Shown here piece by piece: positions 45,099 to 54,119 of a DNA stretch of 64,000 nt (the first letter of the stretch is position 1; every line of letters starts with the position of its first letter). The notes under the pieces are model-generated. The model saw nothing but the letters and a program-made list of their open reading frames with translations. It did not search any database and was not told the origin of the DNA. The stretch comes from a virus: positions 29,045 through 93,044 of the IMG/VR virus record IMGVR_UViG_3300035703_000045; one strand, written 5' to 3'. Both the position numbers and the translations under genes were made by a program.

Positions 45099-45251
45099 TT
45101 ACTGTGGGAGTGAAGGGTTAGGACCGGGAACTGTTTTCTGAGTTGGTTGACTCATCGCTGGTTGCTCTTCTCGGCTACGACCAACAGTAACTCCCCGTTT
45201 GATACGGATATCATTAGGGCTACCTGATGGCGGTGATACCTTTTCTGACAT
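45099..45251 (-). CDS. Small hypothetical protein, 50 aa (MSEKVSPPSG...), not in ORF track
   Basis: Read manually; TGATG coupling with upstream stop. Confidence 0.45.
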   Translation of the reverse strand: MSEKVSPPSGSPNDIRIKRGVTVGRSREEQPAMSQPTQKTVPGPNPSLPQ

Positions 45252-46615
45252 CACAACACCCGGATAAACCAACGCATTGTAGTGTATGAAGGAAGTACAC
45301 TAAAAGCAGTTGCTGGGTCGTTTCCGGTGGATCCAGAGGTGTTCACACTTGGACCTTCTGTCGGGGAAGACGTTGGTGTCTGGGTGTTACCAGATACGGT
45401 AATGGTGACTGTGTGGTCGTGACTACCAGCCGTCTGGGTCTGTGCCACGTTAATAACCGACATACCACCTTGGGCACCAACTCCAAGACCATCAATGAGT
45501 CCATCATTGTCGGTGCTGTAGCCAGCCAAGTAGTTTGGGCTGGTGTAAGAACCTAGACGAACTACGACGTTGTTACCGCTGGAGTCACCTTGGTGAGCGT
45601 GTGCACCAGCCAAAGAGGTTGTAACAGTGGATGACGGAAGACTAATTGCGTGAGTGTGTGTACCAATTCCATGAGTGTGATTGGCAAGAGTGTGCGTGTG
45701 CGCTGGAAGGTTGGTAGTTCCCAAGGTGACCGAGTCGGCACCACCAGTAGAACCCGGTGTTCCACTACCCCGAACAAACTTGTTGTTTAGGTCAGGGAGG
45801 GCAAACTGAGTAGAAGTGCCAGCACCATAGGTAGTTCCTAGAAGACCAAACAGCGTCCCGTAGGTACTCTTTGAGAGAAGTTGACCATTACACTCTTTCC
45901 AGAATGTGGGGTCTGGAGCCGTGGTGCTGGGCCACATAATGATCGCACCAATTGGGGTAACAGACCCAGTATTGGATTGAAGGATCAACTCAACCCATGA
46001 ACCATCACGCTTTACATACACACCGGATGAACTTGGTCCTACCGTGTTTTTGTAGTAAAAGTCTCCATTAGAACCAATGGCAGATGACGGAACATTGTCG
46101 CCCCTAAGGCTGGTGGTTGAGGGTACGTTGACACGCTTATCAACGATTGCGGAGTTGGTAATGATGGCAGAACCATTACGGAAAATAGCCGCTAGGACAA
46201 CATCAGTTGCTGGGTTAACGTACGTTAATACGTTGACACCAGTCGTAGTAGACATACGACTTGGAGTCGGAGGGAAGGTTGGGTTGGTCGTGCTTTCCGG
46301 TCCTTGAACAACCACAATGGAAGTAGAAGAACCGGAAAGACGAGCAACTACCAGATCAAACCGTGTGTTGGTTGATGTCGGAGGTGTTGGCATCCCCAGT
46401 GGGGAAATTGACGAGACATCATGTACAACACCCTGAATAGCAACGTGACCCTCAGTTACGGACACAACTCCAGATGACGCTGAAACAGCACATCCAGAAA
46501 GAACCCCTGTTGAACGGTCCCCAAGGATTTGGAAATCCAGTGCATCAGGTTCTGCTTGGTCTAGGGCACCAAACAGTGTTCCAATGTCGGTAGCGTTAGG
46601 GACTATAAGGGGCAT
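45251..46615 (-). CDS. Fibre protein with tail-collar domain and HxH motifs
   Basis: PIGAIIMW...W.ECNGQ.LS...Y..LF..LGTTYG...F.LPDL..KFVRG; five HxH motifs. Confidence 0.8.
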   Translation of the reverse strand: MPLIVPNATDIGTLFGALDQAEPDALDFQILGDRSTGVLSGCAVSASSGVVSVTEGHVAIQGVVHDVSSISPLGMPTPPTSTNTRFDLVVARLSGSSTSIVVVQGPESTTNPTFPPTPSRMSTTTGVNVLTYVNPATDVVLAAIFRNGSAIITNSAIVDKRVNVPSTTSLRGDNVPSSAIGSNGDFYYKNTVGPSSSGVYVKRDGSWVELILQSNTGSVTPIGAIIMWPSTTAPDPTFWKECNGQLLSKSTYGTLFGLLGTTYGAGTSTQFALPDLNNKFVRGSGTPGSTGGADSVTLGTTNLPAHTHTLANHTHGIGTHTHAISLPSSTVTTSLAGAHAHQGDSSGNNVVVRLGSYTSPNYLAGYSTDNDGLIDGLGVGAQGGMSVINVAQTQTAGSHDHTVTITVSGNTQTPTSSPTEGPSVNTSGSTGNDPATAFSVLPSYTTMRWFIRVL

Positions 46616-46623
46616 TTACTACC

Positions 46624-46878
46624 TCAGAGAGTGTCGTAGATGTTCCCGTTTTGACGAAGGTAACCATAAAGGTCACGGGGCAGTCTGTAACGCTTACCGT
46701 CTTCAAAATCGTAAGAGTCACGTCCCCAGAACATTTTCCATGTTCCCTTAACACGGGCGTTTACTAAATCTGAACCAGAGTTACTAACTACCTGTGGTTC
46801 GTAAGAGATTTCATCAATGACATCTGTGTCGTCATCTGTTTCAACTTCTACAAAGGATTGAGTTGGTTTGCGTGGCAT
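46624..46878 (-). CDS. Small capsid-adjacent protein
   Basis: ORF with GGAG RBS after the MCP hairpin. Confidence 0.6.
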   Translation of the reverse strand: MPRKPTQSFVEVETDDDTDVIDEISYEPQVVSNSGSDLVNARVKGTWKMFWGRDSYDFEDGKRYRLPRDLYGYLRQNGNIYDTL

Positions 46879-46913
46879 ATTGTCTCCAATTGTTACTGTA
46901 TGTACGAGGTTTT

Positions 46914-46951
46914 GTGAGGTGGGGCCGCATCAACACACGACCCCACCCCAC
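46914..46951 (-). terminator. Strong hairpin after the major capsid gene (no U-tract)
   Basis: Minus strand GUGGGGUGGGGUCG...CGGCCCCACCUCAC, 14 bp including G-U pairs. Confidence 0.65.
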
Positions 46952-46966
46952 GAACTTTCTCCTTTA

Positions 46967-48055
46967 TCAGGAGATTGCACCACCAAGGGTGTTGAGGATT
47001 ACACGGCTCTCGTGGGTGATTACACCGAAGCCCCAGATGGCGTACCATGCAAGACCGTGCTCACGACCGAAGTCAATGACACCACCGTCACGGAGTTCAA
47101 CCGGGAGGGCGATGGCGTGACCGAAGGCGTTGTCACCAAGCATGATTGCGCTGTAGGACTCAGCGGTCGGAGCCTGAGCACCGCCCTGAGTGGGGCTGAG
47201 GTCTGCGGGGATGCTGAGACCCTTCTTCACCTGAGTGGTTTCAATGAAGACTACGTCGTAGATACGACCGATTTCACCAAGCATGAAGTTGCCGGGGGCG
47301 GCGTACTTGGTGACTTCAATGAACTCAGGCCAGTCACGGAGTGAACGAGCCTGTGAGGGGTGCACGAAGCAGACGTAGGTGTCGCCCAAACGGGGGATGT
47401 TCTGACCGGCGAGTACTTCAACAGCGTCCTTGATGGTGGCTGGTGAGAGGTAACCGGGGGCAGAAGCCGAACCAAGGGTACCGGCATCGTAGGGGCTGAT
47501 TGATCCACGGCTAGCGGCGGCGGTACGACCGAACACGACGCTTGGGGCTACTGCCGACCCACCACCGAACGGTACACCGTTGCTGTAGAGGGTGTTACGA
47601 GCCTCAATGTCCATGCTCTGTGCCATGTGGCGACCGAGTAGACGGCTGGATGATGCCATAACGTCGTCAAACGAGGCATTGAGGAGCAGTTCGGTGACTG
47701 CTACAGCCTTACCGTGTTCGGTGACGGTGATCTGGATCTGGCTTGCTGAGAGAGCCACTGGATCCATGCGTACACCTTCAGTCAGGGTGGCACCGGCACC
47801 TGCGCCGGACTCCGTGACTGCGAGGTTGTTGTAACGCATGAAGTTGATGGTCAAACCGGGCATAACGCCGAGTTCGGTCTTCTTCACAGCGAACTGCTCA
47901 AAGCGAAGCACTGGCATTGCTTGGAACAGGATTTCCTTTGACCAGATCTGCTGGATGGCAGGGGTCAGGGCATCGCTGGCGTTACCAGCGTAGCCGTTTG
48001 CTGAAATAGCGGTGGTACCGGTAATTGCACCACCGTTTGGTGTGGGGTATGCCAT
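46967..48055 (-). CDS. Major capsid protein (HK97 fold, N4 gp56-like)
   Basis: WSKEILFQA.P.LRFEQFA, LTEGV, FVHP.Q...L, GEIG....V.FIET; strong codon bias; GGAGG RBS. Confidence 0.93.
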   Translation of the reverse strand: MAYPTPNGGAITGTTAISANGYAGNASDALTPAIQQIWSKEILFQAMPVLRFEQFAVKKTELGVMPGLTINFMRYNNLAVTESGAGAGATLTEGVRMDPVALSASQIQITVTEHGKAVAVTELLLNASFDDVMASSSRLLGRHMAQSMDIEARNTLYSNGVPFGGGSAVAPSVVFGRTAAASRGSISPYDAGTLGSASAPGYLSPATIKDAVEVLAGQNIPRLGDTYVCFVHPSQARSLRDWPEFIEVTKYAAPGNFMLGEIGRIYDVVFIETTQVKKGLSIPADLSPTQGGAQAPTAESYSAIMLGDNAFGHAIALPVELRDGGVIDFGREHGLAWYAIWGFGVITHESRVILNTLGGAIS

Positions 48056-48089
48056 TTGAATATCCTCCGATGGATATGGTTAAGTTGAA

Positions 48090-48869
48090 TTAGTAGCGTC
48101 CCCGCTGTGGACGGGTTGCTGATAGTAGGCGGTCACGCATTTTCATGTACTGATCCATCGGCATGTTGCGGATGTCCTCCGCTGACAACGTCTGGTATTC
48201 CATCTGGTTATCCATTGGTCCAGACGGGGGAGCCGTCACCGGTGCCCCTTTCAGGCGAGTCGGTTGACTTGCCTGCTGGATTGATTCAATTATAGCACTA
48301 CTACGATCACGAAGTACAGCAATGCTATTTTCTATCTCGTCAGGTGAGTTACCTGCAATCAGATCACGGAGTTCAGGAATGATTGTTTCCTGCTCCTCAG
48401 CCATACGTCGCTGACGGTATGTCTCCAACTGCTGTGCCTGACGCTCCTTCTCAAGGAGGGCATCCTGAGCCTGACGCTCTTGCTCCAACTGAGCAAACTT
48501 CTGACCCCACTCCTGCTCAACCTGATTGATTCGTTTATTAAACTCATCTTCACGCTTGGCAAGGAGTTCCTTGGCAGACAGTTCCTCAATTTCACGCTGA
48601 CGCATCAGTTCGGACTCTTTACGAGCACGTTCCTCTGCCTCTTTAATAGCCTGCTCACGCTCACGGGAAAGCAAGTTCAACTGCTCTTCCATTTGCTTGA
48701 CACGACCATCGGAATCCTCAAGACGCTTGTACATCTTGTCCTTCTCCTGCTGACGGATCTTTTGAACATCCTCTTCAGAGAAGTACTTTTCTTCCTTGGT
48801 CTGGGCCTTTGGCTCAATGATGGTTTGTTCAACGGGAATGGTAATCCCGTCTTCTGAATTAACTGGCAT
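48090..48869 (-). CDS. Capsid scaffolding protein
   Basis: Highly charged coiled coil between portal and MCP; IR.M.M.QY.K.R..LL tail. Confidence 0.85.
   Translation of the reverse strand: MPVNSEDGITIPVEQTIIEPKAQTKEEKYFSEEDVQKIRQQEKDKMYKRLEDSDGRVKQMEEQLNLLSREREQAIKEAEERARKESELMRQREIEELSAKELLAKREDEFNKRINQVEQEWGQKFAQLEQERQAQDALLEKERQAQQLETYRQRRMAEEQETIIPELRDLIAGNSPDEIENSIAVLRDRSSAIIESIQQASQPTRLKGAPVTAPPSGPMDNQMEYQTLSAEDIRNMPMDQYMKMRDRLLSATRPQRGRY
48289..48297 (-). promoter_or_regulatory. Consensus extended -10 (TGCTATAAT) inside the scaffold gene, upstream of MCP
   Basis: Perfect TGnTATAAT about 235 nt before the MCP start. Confidence 0.5.
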
Positions 48870-48923
48870 GTTTTTTACCTCTGTTAGTTTGGCTGTTATT
48901 AGCAGGTTTAAAGCAACTGTTAA

Positions 48924-50600
48924 TTATTCTTCGTCAGGAGTACGACGCTGGGCGAACCTAGCCCCGTATGCCCGTTGTATCAATTTGTTTAACGTGTCCA
49001 TTTCTGGACCACCTATTTGCATACCGGGGAGTGGGCCTTGCGCCCCACCCTGACCGGCTGGTGTAACACTAGCACCTTCCATAGCGGGTGTGCCGTCAGG
49101 AAGCATACCAGTTGTTAGCATTACGGATTGCTGAATTTGGGCATTGAGCATTTGAAGTGCCCCTTGATCCAAAGCATCCTCCATAAGTTCTTCAAAGATT
49201 TCTGCCATCTTCTCGTTGGGGAATTCCTCACCAAGAATGCGAAGAGCACCCCGCTTGGATTCCAAACCAAGAGCCATCTTGGTCTGCACTTCATTAAGTT
49301 TAATGAGTACATCAACTGGGAGTGGCTCGGGCCAGTGGATCTCCGTCTGATATGTGAGTGGATCCGCAGGATCAAGTTGTGTTGCTTGATCACGTTCTGG
49401 CATTTCTGCCGTAGTTGGGTTATAGATAAGAGACTCAGGTTGGAAAACAACAGCAGTACGAATGATCAGTTCGTTGATTTTCTCAAGACCCTTAGTGAAG
49501 TGAATACGCTTCATCATGTAGCGGTTCATCATGGGCTGGTACTGGATGGCTAGAGCCACACCTGAGGTGTTAGATACGGGCTGGAACTGACCGAGGGCTG
49601 TTTCAGGTACGCCTGTAATCTCGTGCATAGCCCGTTTCAAGAATGAGATGTACTCAAGTGCACCAGCCATCTCTCCACGGGACTCAAGGTTAAAGACAGA
49701 GGCTTCCTTGGGAAGACCCGCCCAAACCTTCTTTGGACCACGCTCCAACTGGCTGGCCTTGGCTCCAGTAATGATGGTTACGGGGGCGGCGTGGTAGTTG
49801 ATAATGTCCGATACCTCGGTCATCTTTTCGTTTAACTCACGGTTAAGCGGGATGATGTCCCAGATGTCGGACTGACCCCAAGGGGACGACGATACGGTCG
49901 TATTAGGCATATGGACCACTGGGATATGCCCAATTGGGTTGGGGTACTGATCAATTAGTTCGTCATTGATGTACTGCTCAATAAGGTCGTCAGTAAGGAT
50001 CTCGGTAAATGTATAAACTTGACGAGTTCCTTCAGGGCTGGTTCCCCAGAAGCGGTACTTCAACTTGAACCTTAGAAGACGGTCACGGTCGTGAGGGTGG
50101 TACTCAGGGAAACAGTGAGACGGGTTCAATGGGATGATTCGGATTCTTCCCTCATGAGGAATTCCGATACTGTCTACATAAGGCTCCTCGTAGGCAACCT
50201 TTACGAAGCAGTCACCGGTAACTCCAGCCAACTGCCCCATTTCCCAGAGTACATAATGCTTTGAGTTATGTACTTCCCATACCTTATGTAGCAGGTAGGG
50301 AATAATGGCGGCATTCTGCTCTGGGCACTTAAACTGAATACCCTTACCAAAGCAGAAGTTTGTAATGTAATCCGACATGGTTCGGACGTAGTTCATGGTG
50401 ATATTTTGTTCACCCATTTCCCTACGGTACGACCAGTGGTGACCAAGGTACCAAGCCCAACAAGAGGAATACCGGTTAAGTCTTGGACCGTGTACCTCAA
50501 ACTCTTCGTCGGCTAGTTCAACCAAGCCCAAAGGGGATACGGATACCGTAAGGTCACTTGAGGAAGCCCTATAACTTGGTGACCAGAAATCAATCGGCAT
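48924..50600 (-). CDS. Portal protein
   Basis: IPVVH.PN, WGQSDI..II.LN, TGVP..ALG, SG.AL; synteny. Confidence 0.9.
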   Translation of the reverse strand: MPIDFWSPSYRASSSDLTVSVSPLGLVELADEEFEVHGPRLNRYSSCWAWYLGHHWSYRREMGEQNITMNYVRTMSDYITNFCFGKGIQFKCPEQNAAIIPYLLHKVWEVHNSKHYVLWEMGQLAGVTGDCFVKVAYEEPYVDSIGIPHEGRIRIIPLNPSHCFPEYHPHDRDRLLRFKLKYRFWGTSPEGTRQVYTFTEILTDDLIEQYINDELIDQYPNPIGHIPVVHMPNTTVSSSPWGQSDIWDIIPLNRELNEKMTEVSDIINYHAAPVTIITGAKASQLERGPKKVWAGLPKEASVFNLESRGEMAGALEYISFLKRAMHEITGVPETALGQFQPVSNTSGVALAIQYQPMMNRYMMKRIHFTKGLEKINELIIRTAVVFQPESLIYNPTTAEMPERDQATQLDPADPLTYQTEIHWPEPLPVDVLIKLNEVQTKMALGLESKRGALRILGEEFPNEKMAEIFEELMEDALDQGALQMLNAQIQQSVMLTTGMLPDGTPAMEGASVTPAGQGGAQGPLPGMQIGGPEMDTLNKLIQRAYGARFAQRRTPDEE

Positions 50601-50940
50601 TAGACCCTCGGGTATGTAGTTCGTTTAACATCAATTGCACAATACTAGCAGGCAAATCAATGTACGTTATTGATTGTACCATTCCCGCAGGTATGTGAGC
50701 GGGATTGCTGTAGGAAATAAAATCAGATGATTCGTCATTCCTATCTACCAAGAATGTCCCTACTAGGTTGACGTGGTCATCTAACATCTCTTCAATAATC
50801 CATCCAACGCTAAATGGGCGTATAGGATGAACTTTGTACCTATCCTTTGATATCCACCCCGTAGGGCCATCAAAGGCATCAAGCCACTCAACTATGGCAA
50901 GTCGGGGTATACCCTTTTCAGGATTCTTTTTCTTTGCCAT
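50590..50940 (-). CDS. Hypothetical protein (V.W.DA...GW type)
   Basis: IVEWLDA...GW...SVGWI...IP.GMV..I. Confidence 0.65.
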   Translation of the reverse strand: MAKKKNPEKGIPRLAIVEWLDAFDGPTGWISKDRYKVHPIRPFSVGWIIEEMLDDHVNLVGTFLVDRNDESSDFISYSNPAHIPAGMVQSITYIDLPASIVQLMLNELHTRGSNAD

Positions 50941-52081
50941 AGAAGATCTTTCCTCGGTAGAAGGCTTCGCCGTCGTGAATGGGCACTTGCTCATAGTGGA
51001 AACGGGCTTCACCTTGTGGCTGATATGTAACCACAGCAAGACCCTGTTGCCAGTTCTCTACGACGGTCAATGGGCGACCATCTAGATCCAAACCACCTTT
51101 AGTGGATGGGACATCACCAGTTGTCTTGGCTAGGCATCCGGGGGATGCCGCCATAATGGTTTTTGGACCATCCCAATCTTCTCGTGTTTTTTCATTCCAC
51201 TCACGACGGTGAACATGTCCATAGATGACCGACACCTTCTCGGAGTTCAGGTACATATGGCTAGTAGAACCGTTTGACTTCACACGGTCACCATGAATGA
51301 TCTTCAATCGTTCGTTTACCCAGTAATGGGATGCGGGGTATCCCGGTTTGAATGTGACCCCATACTCATCCATACGGCATAGGTATGGCACTGACATAAC
51401 GGGCCACGACTCAGGTGTGTTTCCTTTGCGTAGGCCAAACGCAGAAACTGCGTTGTCAATCAGCATTCGTGGGAGACGTTCTTCGTGGTTACCAGCGAGC
51501 CAAATGATCTCTGCGTTAGGAGCGGCGTTACGCAACTCAGCACATAGTGTGGTTGCCCTATCAATTGTTGCCTGCGTTGTTCGCTGGTAAGCGGGGCTAA
51601 GTCGGTATTTACCAAACTCAGGAAAGTCTAGGTTGTCTCCCAGCAGAATGATTTTGTCTGGCTTAACCGACTTTGTGATTGCTAAAGCAACAGACAGGGC
51701 AGTTTCGTCATGTGTTGTTGCTAGTGAATCGTCCTGTGACCGGTAATAGCCAATCTGGATGTCTGGAAGAATAACTGCGGTTTGGTAATCACTGCCGTTT
51801 GGTTTAGTACCAGCATTGATTGGTGGAACTTTGTATGACGGACCTTGTGTAATAACAGGCCATTCTGGACCACTAGCCCACTTAGGACTGAATTGGATAG
51901 CGGTGAGGTCATGAATTTCTGCCTCACCCTCATCATTCTTAGTGAGTGACTGATAGATGGAGACCCGTTTGATATCTCCAATATCGTCAACATTGATATT
52001 GTTTTTATCCAACAAGTCTGCAAGGCGGCCAAGTTTTGATTTCTGGTCTGCCACCTTTAGATCTTTAATGAGATCACTCAC
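50918..52081 (-). CDS. Calcineurin-like metallophosphoesterase
   Basis: LPDIQ, LGDNLD, GNHEER, IHGD, GHVHR. Confidence 0.88.
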   Translation of the reverse strand: MSDLIKDLKVADQKSKLGRLADLLDKNNINVDDIGDIKRVSIYQSLTKNDEGEAEIHDLTAIQFSPKWASGPEWPVITQGPSYKVPPINAGTKPNGSDYQTAVILPDIQIGYYRSQDDSLATTHDETALSVALAITKSVKPDKIILLGDNLDFPEFGKYRLSPAYQRTTQATIDRATTLCAELRNAAPNAEIIWLAGNHEERLPRMLIDNAVSAFGLRKGNTPESWPVMSVPYLCRMDEYGVTFKPGYPASHYWVNERLKIIHGDRVKSNGSTSHMYLNSEKVSVIYGHVHRREWNEKTREDWDGPKTIMAASPGCLAKTTGDVPSTKGGLDLDGRPLTVVENWQQGLAVVTYQPQGEARFHYEQVPIHDGEAFYRGKIFYGKEKES

Positions 52082-52346
52082 AGCCACACCGCCCATTGAA
52101 GTGACGGAGAACCGTACTGGCACTGATCTGATGACCATTCTTTTTTAGAACTTCAGATAACCAAGTTCCTGAGAATGTGCGTGAGCGACCGTTTCCTGTT
52201 TCTTTTTGTATTGCTTCTTCAATGTTAGATAGGGCTTGTTGCTCTTCATCAGTCATTGATTCTTTAATTCGTGTGTAACCACACTTCTGCTTTGTGCTGT
52301 TAGTGGTTCTACTTAATAGATCCTGCACCAGATTGCTTTTTGACAA
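52074..52346 (-). CDS. Small HTH-like protein
   Basis: WLSEVLKKNGHQISASTVLRH..G.C.C; AAGGAG RBS. Confidence 0.65.
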   Translation of the reverse strand: MSKSNLVQDLLSRTTNSTKQKCGYTRIKESMTDEEQQALSNIEEAIQKETGNGRSRTFSGTWLSEVLKKNGHQISASTVLRHFNGRCGCE

Positions 52347-52370
52347 CTTGTGCTCCTTGTGTTTGACGAC

Positions 52371-52511
52371 TTACGCCGTTTTCTTTTCTTTTTGTGGTAC
52401 TAACGCTCGTAGAGACTGTATCAGATGTATTAGATCTCGTTCTTCATCTTTTCCACGAGGTGTTACTCGCTCTAAATAGTACAAAATACGGTCAGCACTA
52501 ACTTTACCCAC
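52371..52511 (-). CDS. Small hypothetical protein, 46 aa (MGKVSADRILYYLERV...), not in ORF track
   Basis: Read manually; AAGGAG RBS and TGCTATCCT extended -10 upstream. Confidence 0.6.
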   Translation of the reverse strand: MGKVSADRILYYLERVTPRGKDEERDLIHLIQSLRALVPQKEKKTA

Positions 52512-52579
52512 TGCCACTCCTTAATCACGGTAGATGAAGAGGATAGCAGAGTGCAGTTATTTTGGTTGTACTTTAGCGG

Positions 52580-53650
52580 TCAGTCGTTTAAGAAAACGCC
52601 ATGTTGACTGAGAGAACTGCTGGGACGGACAAAGTTCTCATCACCAGATTCAACCTGCTCTTCACCTGTAGTCAACCGACGGATTGGGAGTACAACTGCA
52701 TGACCACCTTGTGGATCAAGGAATCGCATGTCATGTCGGTATCCACTAATAGTTTGGTATGCATCTCCACCAAAATGGAATCTTCCACCGGGGATCATTG
52801 CGGTTTGATGACCACCAAAGAATGGATGTCTTTCAGAGATAGCAACAGGAACAGCAAAGTTTTGATTACGGCTTGCCAGTTGGCGCACCCGCTCTGGGGT
52901 GGTTCCTTCATGAAGGCTGTGGATATAATACAGGTTAGGAGTTGCCTTCAAACGTGCGTCTTCTTGACCGAGTTCTTCTGAAGACAGTGCTCCACGAGTA
53001 TTATGCTTTGTGTACTCGTTGAACTGTACTTTGTCACGACCATAGTCTTTAAAGAAGATATCCGCTGTTGGCAACATGTCATAACGGATATCAGTTGTTC
53101 CATTAAAGCGAACAACAGGTCGTACACCTGCTCCAGCCGCTTTATTTTGGAACTTCTCTAGGTTTGCGTGGAGAATTGTCAAGAAGTGCTCTGGGTGAGC
53201 GGAAGCAAAGGCCGTCCGAACACGGAGTGCATGCTGTTGTGCTGGAAATCCTAATTGACCAGACCCACTTAGACAGGCGGCACGACATCCTGCTGAAGAA
53301 CAAACACAGGAGTTTACCAGCGGGATGTGTGGCTCTCCTCGCAAAGAACGAACCATGTTGTTCATTCTGATAGCGGCATTAGCCTCATTTGCTGGTGCTG
53401 AATACTGAACTATTTGACCGTGACCAGCAGTTTCCTCTGCCCCAGCATTGTGACGCAGTTTGGCACTATCAGTGGTCATCAAATAGGGGGATTTACCACC
53501 AACTATTGTCTCGCCGGTTGTGGGGTGAGCACCTTCAAAAGAGGTAGAAAACTCACGAAATCGTCTGCGGGAGTCGGCAATACCCTTCCGACTTAAATCA
53601 AGATCGGAAGGTTGTACCGTCGCAAGAATATTCTCAAGCGGTTCAGCCAC
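52580..53650 (-). CDS. GP88-like protein (Cys cluster, radical-SAM-like barrel)
   Basis: C..SSAGCRAACL..SG, VVRFNGTTDI, FNEYTK, HDMRFLD. Confidence 0.7.
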   Translation of the reverse strand: MAEPLENILATVQPSDLDLSRKGIADSRRRFREFSTSFEGAHPTTGETIVGGKSPYLMTTDSAKLRHNAGAEETAGHGQIVQYSAPANEANAAIRMNNMVRSLRGEPHIPLVNSCVCSSAGCRAACLSGSGQLGFPAQQHALRVRTAFASAHPEHFLTILHANLEKFQNKAAGAGVRPVVRFNGTTDIRYDMLPTADIFFKDYGRDKVQFNEYTKHNTRGALSSEELGQEDARLKATPNLYYIHSLHEGTTPERVRQLASRNQNFAVPVAISERHPFFGGHQTAMIPGGRFHFGGDAYQTISGYRHDMRFLDPQGGHAVVLPIRRLTTGEEQVESGDENFVRPSSSLSQHGVFLND

Positions 53651-53655
53651 TTAAA

Positions 53656-54057
53656 TCAGTCCGATACCACCGTGGGGTTTGGACGATTCATGTGGGTGCC
53701 GGTGTTGTAGACATACTCAAATGTCGGCATCATGTCACCAGCCATAGCACCCTTGACGAAGTCGCCCAACATTGCTGGTGCTTCAATCCAAGTGGAGGAT
53801 CCAACGTGAGCACGTTCACGCATGGTCTCCTCGGGATACTTGTAGAACATCTCAGGGTTGTTGTGGTTCATCCGCATGGGGGATGGGGCGGTGTCCTCGT
53901 AAGCACCAACACCAAAGTCCATGGGAACGTCAGAGTCAGTTGCAATACCCTCTTCAAAACGAAGAGGCCCACGGTTCATTGGGATGCTAGGGGCGTAAGT
54001 GCGCTCAAACATAGGCATTCCCTTTTCTGGGAACATAGGGGCTGGAGCAACATTCAT
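53656..54057 (-). CDS. Hypothetical phage protein
   Basis: RGPLRFEEG.ATD.DVP...MRERAHVGS; AGGAGG RBS and its own extended -10. Confidence 0.75.
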   Translation of the reverse strand: MNVAPAPMFPEKGMPMFERTYAPSIPMNRGPLRFEEGIATDSDVPMDFGVGAYEDTAPSPMRMNHNNPEMFYKYPEETMRERAHVGSSTWIEAPAMLGDFVKGAMAGDMMPTFEYVYNTGTHMNRPNPTVVSD

Positions 54058-54119
54058 GTGTATTTCCTCCTGATGGAGAGTTGGGGTACCTATATAAAGA
54101 GTACCATGTTTTTAGGAAC

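Noticed and set aside
46868-47344. Long plus-strand ORFs antisense to MCP and other genes (also 38977..39597, 53692..54210, 22925..23383)
   Set aside because: Shadow frames of codon-biased minus-strand genes; no recognisable RBS or motifs.
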